From assembly GCF_001194135.2 (NCBI RefSeq), contig NC_068998.1:18328888-18378742 (forward strand): DNA of 49,855 nucleotides, written 5' to 3'. A program made the position numbers and the translations under genes. This document shows positions 33,811 through 47,175 of this stretch, piece after piece (within the stretch, counting starts at the first letter, position 1; the number at the start of each line of letters is the position of its first letter). Origin of the DNA: Octopus bimaculoides (taxonomy: Eukaryota). The notes below the pieces were generated by a model that saw only the letters and a program-made list of their open reading frames with translations, did not search any database and was not told the DNA's origin.

Positions 33811-34433
33811 CCTTCACAAAGTTTTCAAAAAGTTTTCATTGTTCTCAACACAATCAAGATCTTGTGCAACTGAAACCAGAGTGTCTTTTTGGTCAGCTGA
33901 AAGCAGTTTTGGCATAAGCTTGGCAGACACATGTCTCCTACCCAAATCTTCAGCGATAATGGACTGAACTGAACCATAACTAATCTGCACATCCTCTGAT
34001 GCTCATGGATGGTGATTCGATGATTTCCCCTCACAGCTGCACGCACATCTGAGATGTTTTTCTCAGTTCTGTTGATTGCAGGTCTCTCAGAATGTTTGTC
34101 AATATCAACATTTCTTCAGTCATCTTGGAAACATCTGAATCACTCGTACACTTGTGTGAAGCTCATACACTCTGCTTCATACACTTCCTGCAACTTTGTG
34201 CAGGCCTCTGAGCAGGTATTGCCATGACAACTTTGCCATGGTTAATGCGATGATCACATGCTACACACCTTTCTTCCAAGCATTGCTGTAAACAGCAGAA
34301 GTGAGCTTGAACATTAAGACTTAGTGCATGTGCACAGTAGAGTTGAAGACCAATCTGTATCAAGTGGCTTCACTCTGCATGCTTTAGCTTCGTTACTATG
34401 GCAACAGTCCGGATACTTATTGATCAGACCTTG
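33811..34433 (-). mobile_element. mariner transposon 5' half (second family)
   Basis: TA-caaggtctgatcaataagtatccggac TIR. The frameshifted peptide reads EACTKLQEVY..CMS.TQVYE.F..F...RP...RTEKNISDVRAAVRGNHRITI....VQISYGSVQSIIAEDLGRRHVSAKLMPKLL...ENFLKTL and stops just before the catalytic domain. Confidence 0.9.
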
Positions 34434-34465
34434 TATATATATGTGTGTGTTTAAGTATATATATA

Positions 34466-34518
<53 letters not shown>

Positions 34519-34977
34519 NNNNNNNNNNNNNNNNNNNNNNNNNNNNNNNNNNNNNNNNNNNNNNNNNNNNNNNNNNNNNNNNNNNNNNNNNNNNNNNNNN
34601 NNNNNNNNNNNNNNNNNNNNNNNNNNNNNNNNNNNNNNNNNNNNNNNNNNNNNNNNNNNNNNNNNNNNNNNNNNNNNNNNNNNNNNNNNNNNNNNNNNNN
34701 NNNNNNNNNNNNNNNNNNNNNNNNNNNNNNNNNNNNNNNNNNNNNNNNNNNNNNNNNNNNNNNNNNNNNNNNNNNNNNNNNNNNNNNNNNNNNNNNNNNN
34801 NNNNNNNNNNNNNNNNNNNNNNNNNNNNNNNNNNNNNNNNNNNNNNNNNNNNNNNNNNNNNNNNNNNNNNNNNNNNNNNNNNNNNNNNNNNNNNNNNNNN
34901 NNNNNNNNNNNNNNNNNNNNNNNNNNNNNNNNNNNNNNNNNNNNNNNNNNNNNNNNNNNNNNNNNNNNNNNNNNNNN
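34519..34977. other. Assembly gap (N run)
   Basis: N run within (TA)/(TG) repeats spanning about 34434-35175. Confidence 1.
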
Positions 34978-34981
34978 TATA

Positions 34982-35015
<34 letters not shown>

Positions 35016-35522
35016 CATACATATATATATGTACAAACACACACACATATATATATACATACATACATACATATATATGTATGTATGTGTGTGTACATGT
35101 TTACACACGTGTATTCATGGAATGTATCTGTATATGTACACACACACACACACATGCACATACACACACACAAAAGCAGACACAGACACAGAGCCTCCAT
35201 CTATTTATAGAACCTAGTTCTATTTCTAAGCTTATTTGGTGAGTAAAAATTAGCACATATGAAAACAGTTGTTTGACCAGAAGTCTCACACCAGCCATTA
35301 GTGTCTAACATACAGATTGGATGTCTACATTGTTACACATTATTGATTAATGACAGGATATTACAAAAGTCGACACCTCACCTTGGTCGTGTGAGATCAC
35401 TGAATTTTGCTGATTTGACAAGAGTCTATTTAGTATGCATTGGCTATGCTATATGAATTATTGAAATCAGTTCAGTTATACTAATTGTTCTATTAGCCTG
35501 AGGACTAAGTTTAACGGGCAGG

Positions 35523-35560
<38 letters not shown>

Positions 35561-35599
35561 GATAAAACTTACTTGGAAATGGATGTGTGGCGTTCAATC

Positions 35600-35760
35600 A
35601 TATCTGATGCGACTCTTTCCTTTACAGTTCTCTCTCTCTCTCTCTCTCTCCCTTTCATCTTCTCTCCTATCCTTTCCCAAATTCTTTTTTCTCCCCTTCA
35701 CCATTTTCCATCTGTCTGTCTCTCTCTCTCCCTCTTCCTCCTTTACTCTTTCTTGTTGCT
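35600..35760. repeat. (CT)n pyrimidine tract
   Basis: Read directly. Confidence 0.9.
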
Positions 35761-35767
35761 CACACGT

Positions 35768-36000
35768 GACGGGTCCAAGGACTGCATTATGCTCCAGTGT
35801 CTGCTTTGGCATGGTTTCTAAAGTTTGATGCCCTTCCTAATGCCAACCACTTTACACTGTGTACTGGGTGCTTTTTATGTGTCATCAGCACAGCTGACGT
35901 CACCATGCAGCTCACAAGACTACAAACCTTGAAGGAGGAGAGGTTAGTTTTATGTTATAGGATGAGAGATTAGAGTATGAGAGGAGGAGCAATTACTCAC
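35768..36000 (-). mobile_element. Family C tail with a non-RTE extension
   Basis: gatgcccttcctaatgccaaccac...gggtgcttttt; the extension caccatgcagct..caagact is shared with 44740-44830. Confidence 0.75.
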
Positions 36001-36735
36001 ATTTATGTCTCAAAATCATTGGATTTCTACTAGAAAAAATTTGGGGGTAAGGACATCTCTATGATGCACTTGTAAGCACAGAAAAGTTATTGCTCTATCA
36101 CTGAAACAGGTAGTGTCTTTGTCAGTAAGAAAAGTAGAGTAATGAGATTTGTCCAAGAACCTTCACACACACACACACACACACACAAAGAACATATTAA
36201 TAATGAGTCACTTCACTCCAGATAGTGGAAGGACTTTATACCTCAGGTGAACTGGTATTAAATAAATGTACTAAGAGAGAAAAGCAATACAGGAAAGTCA
36301 CTAGGAGATGGATGCAGGAGACAAAACTACACTTGGGGTTGGCATATAATGCAAATAAAGTCATAAACTAGGGGGAAAATATGTTGAAGTTGAAACTGGT
36401 GGCAACCTTTGGGAAATCTAAATCCATAGGTGATAAATGTTCAATTTTATAGTTAATTACTTTCAGTAATAGTATTTGAATGAATTAATTGAATAAAATG
36501 CTTGTTCCTTTTTATCATTTAATAAATAATAAAATATACATACAATTTTCGACGCCCACACACAAACAACACATGCACACAATTTATGCAGCAACAGTAA
36601 AACTTATACATGAACATGCATTACTACTCAGTGTTCAGCTAACTAAACAACCTGTTAGTGTGGCCATGAAATACAAACATGGTAAAAATATGATAGCAGC
36701 TAATTGCCTTTGATGTGCATGTCAAGGGGGATGGA

Positions 36736-36782
<47 letters not shown>

Positions 36783-36792
36783 NNNNNNNNNN
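36783..36792. other. Assembly gap inside (GA)n
   Basis: 10 N. Confidence 1.
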
Positions 36793-37974
36793 AAAGAGAG
36801 AGAGAGAAAGAGAGATAGAGAGAGAAAGAGAATAAAACAGAGAGGGAGAATGAGACATGCTGCTAATTATATTAGTGGATGGTGTAGAATCTCAATAAAC
36901 AGAGTGATGTTGTATTGCTGTTCTGTCTAACTCATGTCAACATTAGAAAATAGATAATAAACAACAACAACTATCAAAATGGTGGTGGTGGCAGTGGCGG
37001 CGGCGGCGGTGGTGGTGGTGGTGGCAGCAACAACAGCAGCATTAGTCAGTGGTAACAATGATGCTAATACTGATTCCGGCAGTGAAAGGCAGGTGTGCAA
37101 TTAGAGAACAGACTTAAGATTTTAGCAAGAACCATTTTGTTGCACTTATGTCATTACATATATAAAATATTTTATCATGATCGAATAAAATTGTCTGAAG
37201 TGTGTGACGAAAGGCTTTGATGCTCTTAATTAACAGATAAAAGGTGAACAACAACAATAACAAGAATATAATTTCTTACAGAATAAGGTCACAAATTTTG
37301 GAGGAAAGTATAGTTGATTAGATCAACCCTAGAACTTTTGTGTGCTGGTTATTTTACCAACCCCACTGAAGGTTTTAAGGTGAATCTGATGCTGGCAAAG
37401 ATTTTAAGACTGATAACATGACTCTCAGTAATGTAGAAGGAAGTTACAGAAACATGATACTTAATGGTACGTGCAGAGAGGTATAGGCAGATAGCCAGGT
37501 TGTATTACCTAAAGAGTAAAAAGGGAGTTGAAGGAGTAGTAGAGGTAGTAAGTACTGATTATTGATAGATAGATGAATAAATAAATAAATAAATTCTCGA
37601 GGACTGCAGGAAGTGACATACAAATCTCACAATAGCATGGATCAATTATAAAACGCCCATTATATGATTCATCATTCCTAGATTGACTTGAGATAGTTGA
37701 GATAGGAGAGATTGTAAGAAAACTGTTTGTAAAAAGTATGGATAAATGAGAAACGCAATTAACGCGGATGATATGTTATCGCCTTTGTTTTTGTTTTCTT
37801 TGCTTTGTTTCTTTTTGTTGTTTTTCGTGACACATGATACTTTCAGCACTGTTACTAAGAATGGTAAAGATTGAGTTTATTATTACATCAGATAGCATAA
37901 AGTAAACCCCCACCACACAGTCTTCTCTTTATAGGGAACTTAAGAGTTTGCTTTCGAAGAATGATAGCCAAAAC

Positions 37975-38700
37975 AGACTCTTCTGTAGAAACATTTCATT
38001 GATTTAGTGAAGATATTGGGATGCAATTTGGTATTGAGAAATGCATCTTAATAATGAAAAAAAGGAAAGATAGTAGCAAGTTAGGGAATACAATTTGCCA
38101 GATAAATAAATCATAAGACACACAGATGTAAAAGGATATAAAAATTTATAATAAACAAAGCTTGATAAAACAAAAGAACTTTAGAAAGAAATTCCTTTAG
38201 TTAAAATGATTGCTTAAATCTGCAATAAATGGTAAAAATAAGACTTTGCTGTTACAATATAAGCTACATCTATTGAGGCATTATGGAAAAATCCTTGAAT
38301 GGCATAAAGAAGAAAAAGTGTAGATAGAAACAATCTCAAAGACCAATATACATATATATGGAGCCTTGTATAACAAAAATGATATCTGTAGGATCTATAT
38401 ATCCTATAAAAAAAAAATAAAAAAAGACAGGATCAATTATTTATGAAGAATGTATACAAAGCAAAGAAAATAGTGCAGCAAAGGATGCATAGAATAGTGT
38501 GGAACCACTACTGGAAGAGAAAAAGAGATAGTGGAATAGTTGAAACTAAAAATGTACGGTACCACCATAAATAAAGATCAAGAAATGGAACCTGTGAAGG
38601 AGTTACTATTAAGAATGGTAGCCAAATATCTTTCAAATTACACTCCACAATACTTCAAAAGGGAAAGCAGGGAGAGTCATGGCTAGAATATTTTTGATCA
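37975..38700 (+). mobile_element. Highly decayed R4/Dong-type RT region
   Basis: Frameshifted remnants FSEDIGMQFGIEKC and IYGALYNKNDICRIYI resemble SxDIGMEFGLDKC and GALHPKSDVDRLY. Confidence 0.6.
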
Positions 38701-39077
38701 TAGAACTGTTCCCGTAAGGCTAACCTAAATTAAAGAAGAGAAGATATCTTGAAAAAAAAAGGGGGGGGGAGGCTTCTCAAAAAAGGTAATGCATGGGAAA
38801 ATGCTCAGGGTAAAGGAGGATGAATGTATGGATAAGAATAAATCCTAAGTATGGATTTAAAAAGTCAGATTTAACTCTTTAACATTTAAGCTGGCCATAT
38901 CTGGCCACAATATAAAGATAAAAAAAAATAGTGTAGCACATTTATAAGGTTAGTGCAGTGAATTATCATCTCAGAAGGAATATATATATATATATAAAAA
39001 TTTAAAAAATGATAATGTCGCAAGATTCTTTCACAGAGAATTATATAGAAAGTAATTACATTATCGGAGAACTATTC

Positions 39078-39343
39078 CAGCTACTTAATAACACACAAAA
39101 CTATAAAAATTCACTTTTAATTCATTTCATGAGGTGTTGAAATTTCCAATGCATGATGCAGTTGTGCAATGAAAATTCTGTTTGACACAAATACACTTGT
39201 GCACAACTGTGCCCTGGTCACTGACAGCTTGGCTTCAGGTGGAACTATGTCGGTGACCAAATTACAGTTGTGCAAGTAAACCTTTTGATACCTCATGAAA
39301 TAAGTTAAAAGAGAATTTAACAGTTTTGTGTTATTGAATGGCT
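39078..39343. mobile_element. Fold-back MITE-like element with long imperfect TIRs
   Basis: aataacacacaaaactataaaaattcacttttaattcatttcatgaggt is an imperfect reverse complement of acctcatgaaataagttaaaagagaatttaacagttttgtgttatt. Confidence 0.7.
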
Positions 39344-39487
39344 AAACGCTATGCGCTTTGAGTAGTTTTGATGATTTTTGTATGTCAGTATGCAATTTGT
39401 TGGTCCAATGAAGTCATTGTGTGTAACATTTGTTTGTTGATGTATGTGATTCTTTAATTATTTTATTGCTTGTGTCTATGGCTGTGT

Positions 39488-39865
39488 GTGGAGGCGCAAT
39501 GGTCCAGTGGTTAGGGCAGTAGACTCGCGGTCATAGGATCGCGGTTTTGATTCCCAGACTGGGCGTTGTGAGTGTTTATTGAGCGAAAACACCTAAAAGC
39601 TCCACGAGGTTCCGGCAGGGGATGGTGGCGAACCCTGCTGTACTCTTTCACCACAACTTTCTCTCACTCTTACTTCCTGTTTCTGTTGTACCTGTATTTC
39701 AAAGGGCCAGCCTTGTCACACTGTGTCACGATGAATATCCCCGAGAACTACGTTAAGGGTACACGTGTCTGTGGATTGATCAGCCACTTGCACGTTAATT
39801 TCACGAGCAGGCTGTTGCGTTGGTCGGATCAACTGGAAGCCTCGACATAAGCAACGGAGTGCCAC
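39488..39865 (+). mobile_element. Young full-length tRNA-derived SINE (OR-like), with a 10-bp TSD
   Basis: tRNA-like head ggaggcgcaatggtccagtggttaggg...gattccc; CpG-rich; the TSD ATGGCTGTGT lies at 39478-39487 and 39866-39875. The OR family name is tentative. Confidence 0.85.
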
Positions 39866-39877
39866 ATGGCTGTGTAT

Positions 39878-40188
39878 CTTCTATCTTTTATCTTTTACTT
39901 GTTTTAGTCATTAGACTGCACCCATGCTGGGGCACTGCCTTGAAGAATTTTTAGTGGAATGAATAGACCCCTGTACATTTTTTTTCTTAAGCGTCTGGTA
40001 TCTATTCTATCAATCTCCTTTGCCAAACTGCTAAGTTATGGGGATGTAAACACACCAACACCGATCCTCAAGCAATAGTGAGGGACCAACACACATACAT
40101 ACACAAACACACAAACACAAACGATGGGATTCTTTTGGTTACTGTCTACCAAATCCACTCACAAGGCTTTGGTCAGTCCAAGGTTATA
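39878..40188 (-). mobile_element. SINE family A
   Basis: Tail, body and part of the head. Confidence 0.85.
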
Positions 40189-40257
40189 GCATGTATGTAT
40201 GTATGCATGCATGCATGTATACATGTATGTATGCATGGATGCATGCATGCATGTATG

Positions 40258-40488
40258 TGTATCTTTGTATCTGTGTTTGTTCCTCACCACTGCTTGACAA
40301 CTGGGGCTGGTATGTTTATGTCACTGTAATTTAGCAGTTCGGCAAAAGATATTAATAGAATAAATACCAGGCTTTAAAAAAATAGAAAGGACTGGGGTCA
40401 CTTCATTCGACTAAAAATTCTTCAAGGAGGTGCCCTAGCATGGCCGCAGTCTAATGACTGAAAAAAGTAAATGATAAAAGATAAAAGA
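40258..40488 (+). mobile_element. SINE family A body, inverted relative to 39878-40188
   Basis: Reverse-complement similarity across the whole body. Confidence 0.85.
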
Positions 40489-40504
40489 ATGGCAGTTGTC
40501 TCGG

Positions 40505-40830
40505 CATGCAAGTCTGCCAATTATATCAACTTTGATACTTGACTGGTATTTTATTTTACTAACTCCAGAAGGATGAAAGGCAAAGTTAACCTTGTTGGGA
40601 TGTGAACTCAGAATGTAATAAACCAGAGCAAATACTGCGCAGCATTTTGCTCAAAATTCTAATGGCTCCTGTAATAATAATTTGTTACACAGTCACAAAT
40701 TTGGCCGTGTGTGCTTGTAAAAGAACAGTCAATTAAATCAATCCCAGTAACCTGACTGCTACTCATTTTATCAACTCTGAAAGGATAAGAAAGCAAAGTC
40801 AACATTGGTAATATTTGAACTTAGAAATGC
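40505..40830 (-). mobile_element. Two degenerate SINE family B copies
   Basis: gaaaggat(g/aa)..aaggcaaagt.aac..tg....tgaact occurs twice. Confidence 0.7.
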
Positions 40831-42594
40831 CACTACATTTTTGCCAATAAACCTACCACAGTATTTATTGGCAAAGACAGCTCTTCCTAAATACACCAAA
40901 ATTTTTATTATCATCATTTTTTTTTTTTTCCTTTTTGCATTTACATTATACTGTACATTTTAAAACCGCACATATAAAGAAATAGCTCACAGAAATGTTC
41001 GAGATTATGGTTACCAGACTGTGGCTGAAATTGAATCCAAACATCACCGACTACAACTTTAACAAAAAAAACTAAAATATTACTCAACACATGATGTTCC
41101 TGTATTTCTCAATAGTTTTTGTTGGTGGTAGTGGTGGTGGCTGGGGAAAGTGATTGAAGGGGGAGTAATCAATCTTCTTACAATACAATTTTCAGTAATT
41201 GGAATAAATTACCAAAGCCAGGTTATTAATGTCAGTTCCATAAATGGCTTTAAAAATAACTGGGCAAACATTAGGAAAGTTATTTATATAAAACATATTT
41301 TTATCTGCAGACTTAATTAATCATTATCATCATCTTCATCTATTTCACTTATATCAAGCCAATGAAAGAGCTTCTACAAGACTGTTTCACTAGCTAGAAA
41401 CAGCAGCTAAATTCCATCAAATCACATCTGACAACTGCGTAAAAACTAAAAGAAAAATGGAAGGACACATTGGACGCATATACACCTATATATAGACACA
41501 GAAAGAAGGGGTGGTTGTAGCTAGAACACTTTTTATCATGCACCTACTTATCAGTATTAATCTGGATTAAGAAAAAGAAATTAAATACTCAATTCTATAG
41601 GAAAATAAAGATGATGATGATGATGATGATGATGACAATGATGGTGGCAGTGGTGGTGGTGGAGGTGGTGGTGGAATCTGAACTTCATTTCAGCAGTTGC
41701 TGTGAATTCAAATTAAATTAAATTTACCTTTAAATAACACTACAGAAGATCTAAGAAGTCTGAGTCAACTTGCCATTAAAGGGGTGCTAGACCAAAAAGA
41801 ATTAAAAAATACTGCCTGACACAAGTAAAAAAAAAAAAAAATCAATTGAAATCTGGTTTGAAAGTTGTTCACAAAAAACGTATTTCTTCACTCACATCTC
41901 AACCTCTACCACAACAATCATTTCGTTTTAGCCATTTTACCATTTTTATTCAAACAAAAAACAAAAAAAACACACTAGAAAGGGGGAAGTATTATTGATT
42001 GGGTCTGCCTCTATGTATTGGTAGTAATTTATTTTATCAACCTTAGCTACCTATCTAAAAAAGAAAAGAGCAGAATTAGAAGGAAAAAAACCAGAGGTCA
42101 CAAACAAGATATCCAGTATCATGTAGTCAGCTCTCACTGTTCTTTTGCACTAATATCTACCAGCCTTAGGCAAATATAGCTTTGGTGATCATGTTCAGAG
42201 GCATAATGTAATTTATTGACAACTGTATGTTGCAACAGTAATTTCTCAGCAAAGATTGGAATCTGCAGCTTTTTCCATTTTCACTTGGAACAGAAATTCA
42301 CAACATATTTATTCAGTGGACAGTCTGTTTAGTGCTAAAAATATTTTGAGGAGGAACTGACAAGATGGAGTAGGGACAATTATAGCTGGATTATTTTATG
42401 GTGTTTGTGATGTAATAATAATTCAATTGCATACAGAAATAGTAAAATAAGGAACAGAGCTTGGAAGAAGAGACAAAGACAGATGGGAAAGCTTTTGAAG
42501 TGCTAATTTTAATGACAGGAATAGATAGCTTCTGGAGAAAAGAATCAGTAACAGTCATAAATGTGTGATGGATGTGTTTAAAAAAATTGTACAA

Positions 42595-43017
42595 AGGCAC
42601 AGGCATGGCTGTGTGGTAACAAGTTTGCTTCCCAACCACATGCTACTGAGTTCAATCTAACTACATGGCACTCTGGGCAAATATTTTCTACTATAACCTT
42701 GGGCTGACCAGTGGATTAGTAGATGGAAACTGAAAGAAGCCTGTCATATGTGTGTGTGTGTGTGTACAGATGTATGTATGTAACTATGTGCGATGTATCT
42801 TTGTGTTTGTTTCCCACCACCACTTGACAACCAAATGATGGTTTGTGTACATCACCAGAACTTAGTAGTTTGGCAAAAGAGTTCAACAAAATAAACAGCA
42901 GATTTTTAAAAATAAATAAGTACTGGGATCATTTTGTATGACTAGGACCATTTAAGGTTATGCCCCAGCATGGCTGTGGTCTAATGACTGAAACAAGTAA
43001 AAGATAAAAGACAAAAG
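42595..43017 (+). mobile_element. SINE family A, full length
   Basis: aggcacaggcatggctgtgtggtaac...gactgaaacaagtaaaagataaaag. Confidence 0.88.
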
Positions 43018-43019
43018 AT

Positions 43020-43690
43020 GAAAAAGAATATAGTGGGAGGAAGCTATGATGACTGGGTTTTACTAATTCATCAGATCCACATTTTGGAGAAGCCAGTACA
43101 CTTAATGCGCAAGAAGAGTTAAAGATGGGGAACAGAACATAGTTATCAAATGGCTGAACAGGATCACAAGTGTGCAATAAAAGATTGTTCAGGGGGAAAA
43201 TAAAAACATGTAAGGGAGTAAAGTAGATCCTTGAGGGGAAGTTTTATGGATAATGGACTGTACAACTCTTTCGGCAATATTCACAGTAATTGTGAAATAG
43301 CATGTCCAGCAAATGACAAATTTCATAGGCAATAAAATTGTCCATTAGGTTGGTAAGTTTCATCTCTGAAGGCAGTAAACAGAGAAGACAAGCTCATGGG
43401 TAGTTTAATCCAGACCATGCTTATATAGCACAACTTCTTTCATCTTGAACAGAATGTCGAAATCAATTCATACAAGCAAAATTCTAATGTTTATTTTCAT
43501 TCAATGAATTTGGAAACGAACCAGGCTTATAAAATTGCAATATGAAAGACTCAAATATGATGAGCAAAAATGCTATCAGAACATATTGATCCTGGTGAGG
43601 CCAAACTCCTGATACCAGCAAAATTTCCATAGATTTAGAGACAGTTGCAGACAATATTGATAAACAGTTAAACATTGGCATCTGTAATTT
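43020..43690 (-). mobile_element. Decayed L2/CR1-type reverse transcriptase fragment
   Basis: Minus-strand remnants NYR.., SILSATVSKSME, WIK and PQGSTLLPYMF correspond to NYRPISILSxVSKxME, WIxxYL and PQGSVLGPLLF. Confidence 0.6.
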
Positions 43691-43993
43691 ATTGATTTGT
43701 TACAAACACATACACACACACAAACACACACATATATATATATAATCATCAAATAAACAAATTGTGTGCACACACACACTCACACAGTGTATTATGCAAA
43801 TAAAGCAATAAAATGAAACAATAATTTCATATTGCTGCCAAAGGGATCATAGCCAGGCTCAAAACTTTTAGAAAACCTCTTCTTGTGTTGTGTGTGTGTG
43901 TCTGTATACACACTAAACACACACATATATGCATACACATACACACATATATGCATATACTCACTCATACAAATATCTATCTATATATCAATA

Positions 43994-44122
<129 letters not shown>

Positions 44123-44232
44123 TGGGATTCTGTGCCAGAGAGAACTTGACCAACCCATGCAAACACATGAAAAAGACATAAAAATGATTATGATGGTCAT
44201 GTGTACACATACATTCATACATATAAATGCAT

Positions 44233-44271
<39 letters not shown>

Positions 44272-44557
44272 AATACATATATAAAATGAAAAGTAAATGG
44301 ATCTCAGCCTGCTTTGATGATAGATATTCAATCGTTCAATCAACAGAACTACAGCGCCATGAATAAAAGTTCTATTTCAATGGCATAGAGTAACTGCACA
44401 AGTGATAAAGAAAGTGTATTGAAGATAATAGTGACTGTGCTGAAAAATAAAAAGCATTAGTTACAAAACAAAATAAAAATACAATAAAGAATTAGTTTTT
44501 CAGCTGTCATGTTATTAAGTATGTTGGACTCAGTATGTTTGAAACATGTCTCATTGT

Positions 44558-45370
44558 CATCTTTTAACGTCTATGTTAACATAGAATTTATAGTTTGACT
44601 GGATCTGAAGTGTCCAAGGACTGCATTGTGCTCTAATGTCTGCTTTAGCTTGGTTTCTATGACTGGATGCACCTCCTAACACCAACCACTTTGCAATGTG
44701 CTGGGTGCTTTTATTTTCTGTGGTACTTGCAGTAATGAGGCCACCATGCAGCTTGCAAGACTAAGATCGCTTTGACTGAGTGGCGTTACAGTAGAGAGGG
44801 AGTTAGCTTTATGCAAGGAGATGAGGGGCTGAAGTAGGAGAGAAAGGTGCAGAAGAGAACAGGATTCTTGCTTCCAAGGAGCTATATGGTGAGTCACATT
44901 ATAGAAGAAAGAGGAGGGGTAACTGTGAAGTTAGAAAGAGAGATAAAAGTAGTGGTGAGGAGGCGTAAGAGTATAATGAGTGAAGAACAAGTCTTGTGAG
45001 ATGATAAATATACATTGGAGAGAAGAGTAGGTGATAACTGTAGATTGGGTAGATTTGAGGGGTGGATGTAACCAATGGGGGATAAAGAGTGGAGGTGATC
45101 AATGGTACATATAAATTGGAGGAGTTTGGGGAGAGTAGGAAACGACAGTACCGAAAGGGGTGAAGAACAACAGAATAGTAATAAAAATATGGTAGACAGA
45201 GGAAGAACAAAAGAAAGAGAAAGATGATGTGTGGTTGAGTAGTTTGCATGAGTGAGGGAGAGCCATGAGAAGAGTGAAAGATGTATGGTGGTGAGAAGAA
45301 GAGATAACTTGATAGTACAGAAGGAGGGTTAATGCAAACTGTGGGTGGAGAGAGGCAGTATTTAAGAATG
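44558..45370 (-). mobile_element. Family C tail with a long low-complexity body (non-autonomous derivative?)
   Basis: C tail at 44558-44760, an extension shared with 35880-36000, then about 550 bp of purine-rich (+) sequence. Confidence 0.55.
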
Positions 45371-45519
45371 AAGGATGGCTATCAAGTGAAATGTTTTCAG
45401 GTAGTGAGAAAGGTAAGTGGTATCAGAAAAAAGCTGGTGAAGTAAGCAGTTCTGCTCAGGTTTAAATACAGTAGCAGAATGCTGCAGTTAAGCAGATGAT
45501 GGGGGTGGGTCACATAAAA

Positions 45520-45795
45520 AAAGTATTCAGTCCAGTCTGTAAGTGGTTGGCATTTGGAAGTGCATCCAGCTATAAAAACCATGCCAAAGTAGACCTTGCT
45601 GGTGCTAGGGTCATATAAGAAACACCCAGTCCACTCTATAATGTAGGTGGAGTTACAAAGGGCATCCAGCTGTAAAAACCATGCCAAGACAGACAGTGGA
45701 GCTTGGTACAAACTTCTGGCTTGCCAGCTTCTGTCAAATTATCCAACTTATGCTAGCATGGAAGCCAGATGTTAAATGACAATGATGGTGATGAT
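45520..45795 (+). mobile_element. Family C copies (partial duplication)
   Basis: gcatccagct.taaaaaccatgccaa occurs twice (about 45560 and 45660); the tail is gttaaatgacaatgatgg. Confidence 0.8.
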
Positions 45796-46891
45796 ACATA
45801 TATCTATATATATGACATGAGTAACCAGACTATTGGACAAAGATTTACTTTTCGTAATGAGAGAAAAGACCAAGGCTGTGTATATTTTAGAACATTTATA
45901 AATAGGTCTTACAGCTGTTTCCAGGATATTTATTATATCCCTTCATCGGAGACGGTGTGAGAAGATGGTTAAGCAATAGTTAATTTAAATAAGATAGGAA
46001 ATACACACACATACATACACACAAACACACACATCTATGAATATAAGTATGTATGTGTATACAAACACACACACACATACAAAGTAGTTATTTTTCTTCA
46101 ATTGAAATAGGGTTTCTAATAACTAAAATACACAAGAATGCTAGTGCTACCACTTTTCCATAGTGAAGCACTGCTCAAATCACCACTTTCAAGACATACT
46201 AGAATACTAGCAATGTGCTTGGCAATGAATAAACTATATTCAACAATGATCCTTTGCAGTTAACTTCTCCTCTTTAAAAATATTAATATTATATAAGTGG
46301 ATAAGTGGATATAATAGTTATTGATCAAGTTGACAAATTATTGAGATACAATTGCAAATCAACTCTAACAGAACATAAATATAAAATTCTAAAGTCAATA
46401 CAACTCAGGAACTTTTGTCATACCATTATTAAATTCTTAAACTGCTTCAAACTAATCCTAAGAAAATTAAGTCTGCAACAGATATTAAAATTTTTTTTTT
46501 CTTTTGTATTTTATAGCTCAAATGACATTTCCAAGAAATAAACAGCACAACAGGTCATCTCAGTATGACCTAACAAGTTAATTCAATATCCTATCATTGA
46601 GAAATCGAAAACAGATTTGAGTCTAGACTGCAGTAGTTTTGATTATATTTTGCAGAATTATCTCATGGTTATTAATAAAATAGAGTTGAAATATATTCTT
46701 GTTTGTTGTTCAATAATACATAAGAGCTCTAATGTTCTCTCATTTATATAATCCAGTGGTTTCCAATAGTGGTTATTGAAAACTAGAGATTTTAATTGAG
46801 TGGCACCCCTCCTTTGGGGGAGAGGTCTTTGTGAACTCACAAATAGAGGAATATGTCAAGTAGAAGATATAGGGGCATGTTGAATGTTTAA

Positions 46892-47110
46892 CCCTTTAGC
46901 GTTTACATTATTTTGTCAAAAGTAATGTCTATTTATTCACATGTCTTTAATTAATCATGCATTATCATGTAGCTTTGAGATTTTGATGAGATAACTGTTA
47001 AATTTTAGAATGATATTGTAGGGTATGTGTGAGAGGCCACATCTAGTCAGTTTAAACATAAAACAGGTAGAATAATTGAGCCGGATATGGCTGGTTTAAA
47101 AACTAAAGGG
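46892..47110. mobile_element. piggyBac-like MITE (219 bp), same family as 3731-3949
   Basis: TTAA-CCCTTTAGC ... CTAAAGGG-ATAA. Confidence 0.82.
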
Positions 47111-47175
47111 ATAAATGGGGGAGATTTTTCTCAGAAATAAAATATTTAAACCACCCCAATAAGGGCCAAAATTCG

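Noticed and set aside
34314-35242. Six overlapping ORFs of 215-297 aa
   Set aside because: Artefacts of the N gap and of stop-free (TA)/(TG) repeats.
39488-39560. tRNA-like sequence as a functional tRNA gene
   Set aside because: No proper acceptor stem or terminator; it continues into a SINE body bounded by a TSD. The same applies to the A, B and E heads.
42455-42560. Short open frame EQSLEEETKTDGKAFEVLILMTGIDSFWRKESV
   Set aside because: Too short, with no recognisable motif or credible splice sites.
45389-45418. Possible 12-nt microexon (ttttcag GTAGTGAGAAAG gtaagt)
   Set aside because: It lacks a polypyrimidine tract, sits at the edge of a purine-rich repeat, and has no supporting gene context.
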